DNA from: Carpediemonas membranifera BICM
Lineage: Eukaryota; Protista; Fornicata
DNA: 64,000 nucleotides
Direction: 5' to 3'
Assembly: GCA_019828565.1 (NCBI GenBank)
Contig: JAHDYR010000066.1
Coordinates: forward strand, 310,001-374,000
The notes beneath the pieces are model-generated. The model was not told where the DNA came from. It was given only the letters and a program-made list of their open reading frames with translations, and did not search any database. Of the stretch, positions 19,230 to 27,770 are shown one piece after another; the stretch's first letter is position 1, and each line of letters begins with the position of its first letter. The position numbers and the translations under genes are program-made.

Positions 19230-21072
19230 CCCAGACAGGGCCTGAAAGGAACGATCAAAGTGCCAAACTGTACAATATCATCCGTCAGCAGACGAATGGT
19301 GGCGGTTAGCCAATTGATGATACTGGAATGATGTTTGAAGACGTGGGATCAATGTGCGACTGAACGGAGAGTGACCGAGCTCATCTTCCGTGGCAAGAGA
19401 ACGCCACAGGATGTTCTCTGCAGCACTCTTGTCCCGATGATCAACATTCAGAGCATCAGGAACTGTTGCGCGCCACTGAGCACCACGGCACTGTGGATTT
19501 TCGCAGAGCATCACACGATGTGGGTGAACGTGCTGGTCATCACGCGGACGAACTCGCTTGTAGGGGGCGTGGCAGTGAGGGCAGACGACGGTGGTGCGGT
19601 CCTCGTTAACCATGTTAAGATCGACAATGTTATACCTCTTGAGATGGGGAACTATCTCTCTCGCGAACTTTCGATATGGCGCGCAAGGAATGAACATACC
19701 AGCAGGCGTGGTGAATCCCGAGCTCCCGTAGAAGACTTTCAGGCGAATGGGGGTGGCGATGGAATGGTGGCGACCGAACTCCCGAGCCAGCTGTTGGCCG
19801 CAGCGGGCGAAGTGCTTCTGGCGAAGGATGTGGTTCGCAAAGCGCACTCGGCGGAAAGACTTACGCATTCCAGCCTCGAAAATGTCGTTCGCGTTGTCCA
19901 GCACAAACCTAATAGAGTTGTTGATACTCACTAGTCCTGTGCTCTTGAACGACGCGGCCGTCATATCAAAGCCGAAACTTGGCGTCTTAGTGTATCCGCA
20001 CTTTGGGAGGACGCCGGAGCTGGTGCCATCGGGGTGCTTGATGTAATACCCTCCGATGGACCTCGCGCCCGGGTCGAACCCCATGAGGTGGGCATCAGGA
20101 TCCGGCGCGGGCGGAGCATCGGCATTATTTTCTCCGAGTCGGGGGCGCTCTTTCTCCCGCCCTCTCGCTCGCTTTCGAACAGGCATGCTCGCATCATGTT
20201 GTGGCCGATAGCGGCCGCCTCGCTTACCGTCACCGCCACACAGACCCCATCGGTGCTCAGGCTGAGCAGACGGCCCATTGACCTGGGGTTGTCCCGGTAG
20301 CGTCTTTTTCTGCTCTTCTGTCAACGGATTGGTGGCGTGTGGGAGTGTGGGATTAATTCCCACACGATGACAGAAGTTCTCGTTCAGTAGGCCCATCGTT
20401 TCACGGTAGGCCATGAAGCCCGGTCGGACGGGGGCCATGGGCACGATCGGCACGAGGCGAGGCTGGCGGAGCGACATCGAGTACTCCCCGTTGAAGTGGC
20501 TGATGAGGCCACTCAACTTCTCCACTCCGTCTGCAATTGCCCAGACGCAAGAGAGAATGCGTGGGGCAGCCTCGGAGACTGGGAGCCCGTCGTTCTCACC
20601 CATGTGAGCCGCCCAGAACAGCGAGGGGAGACACGCGAGGATCTCAGGGTTGACCCTGCCGAGGATGGCGTGAACGCCGGCCAACTCCTGCTGGAAGAAG
20701 GCCGGAGAGCCAACACCTGCGAGAGCCTCTTCGAGTCGGGCGAGGCTGCCCTGTAGCCTGTCACGGTACGTCTTCACCGTGCGGGCGAGCCACAGCTTCA
20801 CAGAGTTGGCGTATCGGGTGAACCACGCCCGGAGACTGGGACTCACTCCATACGACGATACGATGAGCCATGAGCATGCGACGATGAACACCATTACCAG
20901 CCTATACAAGTGTAGAAGTGAATTTAATGTGGAATAGAAGACAATGAGACGACGTGTGAGCGATTGTGATGTTTGCAGCTGTGCTGACGTCCACGAAGAA
21001 GACGCTTTGTGGAAGCCCTGGAAAAGACGATCTCCCTACCGACTTAAGACGTGAGTAGGAGGGAGATAGGGC
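19230..21072 (-). mobile_element. Fanzor1-carrying non-autonomous element, copy 1
   Basis: Intronless RuvC nuclease ORF between two 34-bp direct repeats; paralog 28 kb away in an unrelated context; no transposase. Ends approximate. Confidence 0.65.
19278..20909 (-). CDS. Fanzor1-type (TnpB-derived) RNA-guided RuvC endonuclease; likely carries a compensated frameshift
   Basis: RuvC-I GFDPG (D 20073-75), VFYG, rearranged RuvC-II NEDRTT (E 19602-04) next to a CPHC...CENPQC zinc finger, RuvC-III HRDKSAAENI (D 19431-33), SFKST...RF.NHILRQK helix. The TDG motif is in the alternative frame. Confidence 0.85.
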   Translation of the reverse strand: MYRLVMVFIVACSWLIVSSYGVSPSLRAWFTRYANSVKLWLARTVKTYRDRLQGSLARLEEALAGVGSPAFFQQELAGVHAILGRVNPEILACLPSLFWAAHMGENDGLPVSEAAPRILSCVWAIADGVEKLSGLISHFNGEYSMSLRQPRLVPIVPMAPVRPGFMAYRETMGLLNENFCHRVGINPTLPHATNPLTEEQKKTLPGQPQVNGPSAQPEHRWGLCGGDGKRGGRYRPQHDASMPVRKRARGREKERPRLGENNADAPPAPDPDAHLMGFDPGARSIGGYYIKHPDGTSSGVLPKCGYTKTPSFGFDMTAASFKSTGLVSINNSIRFVLDNANDIFEAGMRKSFRRVRFANHILRQKHFARCGQQLAREFGRHHSIATPIRLKVFYGSSGFTTPAGMFIPCAPYRKFAREIVPHLKRYNIVDLNMVNEDRTTVVCPHCHAPYKRVRPRDDQHVHPHRVMLCENPQCRGAQWRATVPDALNVDHRDKSAAENILWRSLATEDELGHSPFSRTLIPRLQTSFQYHQLANRHHSSADG

Positions 21073-21106
21073 AGTGTTGCGCAGTGTAAACACATTGTTC
21101 GACCCT
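21073..21106. repeat. 34-bp direct repeat, copy B (upstream of Fanzor copy 1)
   Basis: agtgttgcgcagtgtaaacacattgttcgaccct. Confidence 0.9.
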
Positions 21107-21301
21107 TCAATAGCACAGAACAGATTGGGCAAAACTGCGCGGACCTGAACATTTGGACCAGGCCGGACCATGGCCACTGAGGGGTTGTCTAAGCACCGCT
21201 TCTGCGACCAAGCGCTCATCTTGCCAACCTCTACCCCTACCGAGGCCTCGGATCCGGTGCGGCCATTGCGAGCATGAGCATTTATGTGACACATAGCAGC
21301 C

Positions 21302-21661
21302 TCACACGACGTTAGGGTGTGCTCCACTCTTGACGAGGACCTCTCTCATGACGTCCGCGAGCCTGGGGTCCGTCCAGAAGCCCGAGCTGACCAGGATGTC
21401 CGCCGTCTCCGCATCAGACCCTCTCCACAGCCTACTGTCGACGCTGTCGTCCGTGACCATCTTCTTCAGGCCAGTGGCGGGGTCCCTGGCGAGGGAAGCG
21501 TACCTGTCCCGGGCGGCCAGGCCGTCGCCTTGACCTGGTGTCCGGACGTCGAGCGCGATCTTCTGGATGTCCTCCTGTTCGCCATTGCGGCTAACCTGCA
21601 CATTTTTGTCAAATGGAGCTGAGGGCGTCCAGACCGGCACCAGTCTGTATGCTGGCACCAT
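21302..21661 (-). CDS. Small hypothetical protein
   Basis: 119-aa ORF with host-like codon usage in its 3' part; no family recognised. Confidence 0.35.
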   Translation of the reverse strand: MVPAYRLVPVWTPSAPFDKNVQVSRNGEQEDIQKIALDVRTPGQGDGLAARDRYASLARDPATGLKKMVTDDSVDSRLWRGSDAETADILVSSGFWTDPRLADVMREVLVKSGAHPNVV

Positions 21662-21736
21662 GGATGCCCTGGGCCTCCTTCTCGTCCGCTTTCAGAGATC
21701 GACTCTGAACCCCAGTCACGACGATTCATAGCATCA

Positions 21737-22497
21737 ATGCGGCGTGGTGTGGGCGTGGGTGCCTTCCAAAACCAGGCGAGGTTCACAGTTAGTCTCATTC
21801 GATTCCATTTATGCAGCAAACTTTGGCAGCTACTGGCGCAGCGATTCAAAAGACACAGATGGAGACCGTTCAGCGTCAAATGTCCACGTTCAAAGACAAT
21901 TTGGAGGACTTTGCTCGAAAGCACAGGGAGCAAATCAACAGCGTCCCTGAATTCCGAGCTAGGTTCAACCAGATGTGCAAGACAATGGGCGCCGACCCCC
22001 TTGCGTCGAACAAGAGCTTCTGGGCCAAGATCCTCGGCATCGGCGAGTTCTACACCGATCTGGGTATTCAGATCGTCGATATATGCTACACATCCCGGGC
22101 AACCGACGGCGGGCTGCTTGAGATGAGTGAGCTGCTGCGCCGTCTTCGCAACATGCGTGGCAAGAACGCCCACGCTGTGAGCCAGGACGACGTTGTCAGG
22201 GCGATAGACAAGCTGGAGCTGCTCGAGGGAGGATTCAAGGTGGTCGAGTTTGCCGGGCGGACGCTGGTCCAGTCGATCCCGGCGGATTTGACCGACGACC
22301 AGACTTCCGTGATGAAGGCGTGCGGGACAAAGGCCTATACCACACTGGACGAGCTGGCTGCCGAGACTGGCTGGCCAGAGTCACGCTGCATGGCCGCCCT
22401 GGACAGCCTCATGAACGGAGGAATGGTCTGGGTCGATGACGGAGGCAAGCAGCGGGAGTACTGGATGATGGCGCTGACTGCTATGGGGGAGGCGTAG
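21737..22497 (+). CDS. SNF8: ESCRT-II subunit Vps22/SNF8, one intron (21788-21816)
   Basis: MRRGVGVGA...LEDFARKH...FRARFNQMC...GADPLAS...NGGMVWVD. Confidence 0.92.
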
Positions 22498-22597
22498 GGC
22501 CACCATTGTACCACTAAAGAGCACGCCCTGGAGGTCTATGTTTACAGAGAGAGTGTGTTATTACAAGATGTCGCTCGGTCATGCCGGCTGGACAATG

Positions 22598-22951
22598 CTA
22601 GCGGGCGGATGATGCGTAGCTCATGGAGTATCCTGAGTTGTACCCCGTTGATGTGTACCCCGAGGCGCACGTCGTGTTGGCGGAGGCTGTCCTGCTGTAC
22701 TGCTGGTAGTCGTTTGGTGCGAGCAACTCTGACGCTGATGGATCAACGCTTAGTCCCTCTGTCAATGACTCCTCTACGACGATGCTCATACTGAGTTGTG
22801 ATAGCGCCGGTGTTGTGGCCGTTCGCCTTGATTTGAGGATGATAAGGAACAGAACAACGCCGAGCAGCAAAAAGGCGAACGATGCGAAGAGTACACTCAC
22901 TGATATTAGGATTACCGCAACGAAGGCAACAACCTCATTGCTCAGCTCCAT
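22598..22951 (-). CDS. Small single-pass membrane protein
   Basis: Long hydrophobic N-terminal stretch followed by KSRR. Confidence 0.45.
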   Translation of the reverse strand: MELSNEVVAFVAVILISVSVLFASFAFLLLGVVLFLIILKSRRTATTPALSQLSMSIVVEESLTEGLSVDPSASELLAPNDYQQYSRTASANTTCASGYTSTGYNSGYSMSYASSAR

Positions 22952-23206
22952 CGGACCAACGTATTGGCGTCACTTCAGGAATTATTCGTCGCGACGACCC
23001 ACGAAGATCCTGGCAATTGGAGATCGAACCTCGGAATCCGTCACGTTTGCATGCTCCAGGGTCATGTCATGGTGGTGTGGTTCGTCGGCGGCTGGCCAAT
23101 AACAGCATCTGATTGGTTAGACTGATAGATACGATAAGATTCGCGCGCATATTTAGGATACGACCATTATTGACTTCATTTCAAAACATCTATTTCAAAA
23201 CATCGG

Positions 23207-25873
23207 TCAGAATTCGTTAAAACTCATGACGGAATGGATGTGGGCAATTCGCCGCGTCTGCACGACGTCGGCCGAGACCTTCAGCAGACAGTAGATCTGG
23301 TCGTGCCCGGGCTTGTGCATGACGTGCAGCGGCTGGATATCGACGTTGAGCCCAGCGTCGCCGCCCAGTGCCCTGATCCTCGACCTCAGCATCGACAGCG
23401 CTTCGAGTACCAGCCGGTGCCAGAAGCCAATAAACCCGCCGACCTTTCGACTCGACATCGACTCCTTGACGAGCACGACCTCGACGGTGCCGTGGTTGAC
23501 GCTGGGGATACGGGGGCCGGCCGTCCCGCTGGGGGAGAGGGGCACTGTCTGGAAGGACGGCAGCATGGGTGTCGGGGCTGGCGTCGGGGCCGTCTCTGGC
23601 GTCTGGTATGCCGCGATCATCAGCACCATGAGCGTGTCGTCGCTGGCAGGTGCGACGTGGACCTTACTGATGGTCACCCGGCTGCCGCTCTTGCCGTACC
23701 GCCTGACGAGGCCGTCCCACAGCTCTTGCATCTTCTCGTGGATGCTGTCCTCCTGCTCGAGCAGGCTGACCATGGCGAGGAACACTGGCGGGCCGAGCAG
23801 GGGTGATGCTGAGGGCCTGGTCGACGTCACCACCGTGCTCTCGTTCGTCGGTCCGCAAAGTAGGGCGTCCGCCTGCTCCGACGAGACGTTGTCACCGACG
23901 TACAGCCGCTCCAGCTGGGGGTCAAGGGACCCGTGCAGCGTCGCGTCAAAGTCGTCAACACTGGTCGTCGACTCGCTGGAGTCGGAGTCTGTTGAGTCGG
24001 ACGAGGATGTGCCGGAGTGCTCGGTCTCCTCGGGCCGGATCATCGTCTGCGGCTGTAGGGTCGACGATTGCCGGTGGAACGTCTGCAGATGGGCCGATAG
24101 GCTGTCGAAGGCGGGCACGGCGCGGCGGTCGAGGGGTCGTTCGACGACGAGGTTGGGAGGAGGCGACATGGCGGTGACGTAGTGCCCCGTGCCCGTTGCC
24201 ACGGCGGTGACGCACTCGTCGTTCATCGTCAGCTCTGACTTGATGTCGAAGAGGGCGTTCACCCCCTTGGCATACATCTGCCGGACCAGCTGGGCGTGCA
24301 GGTCGTTCTCCAGGAAGGGCAGCTTGTCGCTCACCCTCACCGCGCCCGACTCGCCGTGGAACCTGGCCCCCGCCTGCAGCACGACCCTGGCCTGGATGAG
24401 AACGGGGTCGCCGTGAACGGGGCACTCGATGGGCGGGGCAACCGTCGCCAGCAGCACGACCGGGGCCCGCCGTTCGCCGCAGTAGTTGCATACGGCCGCC
24501 CCGACGGACAGCGGGGCCTGGGAGTGGGGCGGGTGCACGGACGCGCAGTGGGGCGGCGGCCTCTGCCGGGTGCGGCGCCGGTCCATGCGCTTCACCATGA
24601 GCGTGTGGGAGTCCTGCCCTGCCAACGCCGTCGTCACAAGTGTGCCGGACACGTCAGTCGGCTGGGGCGGGGCGGGAGCAATCCACTTGACCAGCCTCTT
24701 GTGGTTGATCCTGGCCGCCGTGCCGTGGCACGAGATGATGACGATGCCGCCGTGGGAGCACTGCGTCTCGCAGTAACCGATCACCGCGTTGCAGTTTAGT
24801 CGGGCCGCGCTGTCGGTCATCTCGTGGCGCACGCCTTCCCACCAGTCCGCCCGGGTCGCCTCGTCTGTCGAGTCCTTGAGGACGTGGACGGCCCTGGCGC
24901 TCAACATGCCGCCGAGGTGGGCGATGCTGAAGGGGGGTAGCTCAACCATCGACAACAGCACCACGCCGTTGTGTTTGAACCGGCGGGCTGTCAGCTGCAG
25001 GAGGATGTTGAGGCTGGCGACGTCTCGACTCACCGTCGCCACGGGGGAGATACGGGTGTCCTCGTCCTCGACCAGCGCCACGCTTAAGTTGGGTGGGCCA
25101 AGCTGGCCGTCCTGCGCGGGTGCGACCTGGACGGCTGTACCACTGACACGGACGGCGATCTGGTCCGTCGAGTCGCCCTCGACGTCGATGTCGCTGGTGT
25201 AGTGCAGAATAGCGTTGCCCCCCAGCTCACGCGCCTTGAACCCCAGTATACGCCGGGCCTCGGCCAGCTTCTCCTCGATCCTCAGGGTCCGGGCCTGGTT
25301 GCTGGTCCGGGCCGTCCGGAAGGTGGACACGAACGAGTACTCGGGGTCATTGCATACCACGGCAGCGTCAACCCGCTGTATGACCCGCTTGAGCCTCAGA
25401 GAGAGGGGTAGTACGTCAGTCGTGAAGACGGAGACGCCGGCCGACGACCCACGGGTGGTGTTGTAGTTCCCGACGTATGAGAGACCCAGCGTCAGGTGCA
25501 GGTGGCCCTGGACGCCATTGAGTGAGTCGAAGATTGGGAACCATCCCTTGATCTCCCGCTCGTTCTGCTCGTGGCTGTAGCCGAGGATAGTGTTGAGCAT
25601 GATCACGACCGTCCCCACGGTGTCATCAGCGGAGATGTAGTCGCGGTCAAGCACGTGGAGCAGTAGTGGGGCCGTCTGGAGGACCTGGTCGTCGGTCTCT
25701 TCGAATGAAAAAGACTCCTCCCACTCTGGGGACAGAGAGTGGCGCACGGAGCTCGTCTTGTAGTTGAAATCCCCGAATGAGAGGTTAATGTAGGCCTCCG
25801 TGGACTGAGACGCCTTGTCCATGATGGGGAGGTTCGCGGCGCCATGAATCGTGCCGTAGATACGTGCGGGCAT
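23207..25873 (-). CDS. C2CD5: C2 domain-containing protein 5 (C2 plus YbjQ-like repeats)
   Basis: N-terminal C2 (A.NLPIMD, DRDYISADDTVG), RTARTSNQAR, ARELGGNAIL, VSDKLPFLENDLH. Confidence 0.85.
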   Translation of the reverse strand: MPARIYGTIHGAANLPIMDKASQSTEAYINLSFGDFNYKTSSVRHSLSPEWEESFSFEETDDQVLQTAPLLLHVLDRDYISADDTVGTVVIMLNTILGYSHEQNEREIKGWFPIFDSLNGVQGHLHLTLGLSYVGNYNTTRGSSAGVSVFTTDVLPLSLRLKRVIQRVDAAVVCNDPEYSFVSTFRTARTSNQARTLRIEEKLAEARRILGFKARELGGNAILHYTSDIDVEGDSTDQIAVRVSGTAVQVAPAQDGQLGPPNLSVALVEDEDTRISPVATVSRDVASLNILLQLTARRFKHNGVVLLSMVELPPFSIAHLGGMLSARAVHVLKDSTDEATRADWWEGVRHEMTDSAARLNCNAVIGYCETQCSHGGIVIISCHGTAARINHKRLVKWIAPAPPQPTDVSGTLVTTALAGQDSHTLMVKRMDRRRTRQRPPPHCASVHPPHSQAPLSVGAAVCNYCGERRAPVVLLATVAPPIECPVHGDPVLIQARVVLQAGARFHGESGAVRVSDKLPFLENDLHAQLVRQMYAKGVNALFDIKSELTMNDECVTAVATGTGHYVTAMSPPPNLVVERPLDRRAVPAFDSLSAHLQTFHRQSSTLQPQTMIRPEETEHSGTSSSDSTDSDSSESTTSVDDFDATLHGSLDPQLERLYVGDNVSSEQADALLCGPTNESTVVTSTRPSASPLLGPPVFLAMVSLLEQEDSIHEKMQELWDGLVRRYGKSGSRVTISKVHVAPASDDTLMVLMIAAYQTPETAPTPAPTPMLPSFQTVPLSPSGTAGPRIPSVNHGTVEVVLVKESMSSRKVGGFIGFWHRLVLEALSMLRSRIRALGGDAGLNVDIQPLHVMHKPGHDQIYCLLKVSADVVQTRRIAHIHSVMSFNEF

Positions 25874-26071
25874 GTTTTAGTCTTCGAACTGTGATAAAAC
25901 TGATCTTTGGTGCCTGAATGTTGGTTTTGAAGACGATTCAACAGCAGACTTCGATGAAGCTCGAGTGTGGCCGTCCTTGTCCCTACCCTGCTCCGGGTCC
26001 AGTCAACGCCCGCACAGCCCAGAAAGAGTGCTTTATCGCTATGTAACATGTAACACTAGCATATATATATA

Positions 26072-27645
26072 TCAGTCATCCTCGTCGTCTTCAACATCCG
26101 TGTTGCTCGCGCTCCCTCGCTTCGAGGTCTTCTTCCGCTTCCGGTTCGCCACATGGCATCGGATGCTCTCCCGCACACCGTCCAGCGTGGCGTGGCTCGG
26201 TCTGCTCGACACCCTACTGAGCTTGGCGACGTCCGGCTCCTTGCAATGGTAGTCCAGTAGGGCCAGGAGCACACCGCGGCCGACCTCGCCCCACACCGCC
26301 GGGGTGTACGGTCTCGGCCGGCCCAGCGGCGTCCCTGGGTCGACCCCCGCCACCGGTCTCACGGGGTTAACAGATCGGGAGATGTAGTAGTTCGCCTCGA
26401 GGGTGTAGGCCATGGGGGTGGCCACAAACGGCGCCATGCCGACCCTGGACGTGCCTGTGCGGCTCATCCCGGCCTTGTCGGACGCGGACATCATCTTAGC
26501 ACTAAAGCAGCAGCCGTCGAAGTCAAAGTCTGCGCTGTTCATGGCGACGAGGCGGGGGAGTAGCATCGTTTCCAGCTGGAGCGCGTCGTCGTCGAAGTGG
26601 TTACCGTACATGAAGCAGCCCCGCTTGTTAGCGTGGGCGTGCAGGTCAATGTACGTGTGCAGTCGGTTCCCTGTCTCCTGAAGATGGGCCGCCAACGCCG
26701 TCATCGCCCAGATCGTCGGCTGCTCCTCCCTGGTGGCTGTCCCGTAGTATCTGTTGAGGTTCCGCCCGAAGGAGTCGGTCCTGTAGTGTCCCCGACAAAC
26801 GCCGTCCGGGTTTAGCATGGGCACAAACATGAAGACGTACCGGGACCTCAGCAGACTCGCCCTCGGGTCCATGGAGAGGATGAAGTGCAGCGCCCCATTC
26901 AGTATGTGCGTCCCGGGCGTCTCTGCCGGGTGCACTCTCGCGCTGATCAGGACGACGGGCTTGTCAAACCTGGGGGGGCGGGGACCGGCCCCAGGGAACA
27001 GGCCGGGGATGCGGGCCTCCTCCTCGCCGGTGTTGCCGCCCTTGCTGGTCACGGTGACAAGGTCGACCCTGCGGCCCTCGACCGAGGCGATCATAAGCTC
27101 GCGGTGGAACTCGATGGCGGACCGGGAGGTGTACTTGTGCTCCAGCCCATCCAGCATGGTCTGGCAGTCCGTGTATGAGTGTGGGTAGCAGTAGGCGAAG
27201 TACGTCTCCCCGCCGTCCGGGGTCCATGTGAACGTCAGGTGGAGCTGGGCTGGGACCTCCTCGTCCGTCGCTGAGTTGTACCGCTTGGGGATGCGCTTGT
27301 TGGTAGTAGGGGACGGGATGGGACGCCACTCGTTGTTGGTGCCGTTGTTCCGGTAAACTGGCCGGAATCCGAGGCTGAACATCTTGGAGGGGGCCATGTT
27401 CATGATCACAAACGTCAGCGGCATCCCAGGAACAGCGTTGGTGACGCGAAAATGGAACCAAGTTGTATAGCGCTGCTGAAATTCAGTGCCAAACGCGTCT
27501 GGCCGGATATATAGGAGGTATTTGTCATCTGCGCGCTGCGACTCCGCAACGGTCTTCAAATTGCCACTATCGAACTCATCGTCGAATGTTAAGCGTGGTT
27601 GGTTGGTGCTATCCCCTTCATCGTCGGCAGGGAAGCTGATACGCA
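26072..27645 (-). CDS. AGBL5: Cytosolic carboxypeptidase (CCP5/AGBL5-like tubulin deglutamylase, M14D)
   Basis: FDSGNL, WFHF, YFAYCYP, SARVHPAETP, NPDGV.RGHYR, NLNRYY, DLHAH, YTLEANY. Start approximate. Confidence 0.88.
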
Positions 27646-27770
27646 TTTCCAAGCTGTTTCCGTATCCTGCGAAAAATTGCAAAATCAACTACAACGGTCA
27701 TTACGGCCCCACCAGTCCCCCTAGCCGCCTCCTGGTCCTGCTGTAGTAATAAATTTAATATCCGCGTCCC

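Noticed and set aside
21073-21106. tRNA/SINE-like A-box (ttgcgcagtg) and B-box (gttcgaccc) look within the direct repeat
   Set aside because: The boxes are only about a dozen nt apart, there is no cloverleaf, and copy A breaks the B-box.
19196-21106. CRISPR array or prokaryotic Cas12 interpretation
   Set aside because: Only two repeat copies, 1.8 kb apart, with no spacers or cas genes; the context is eukaryotic with introns.
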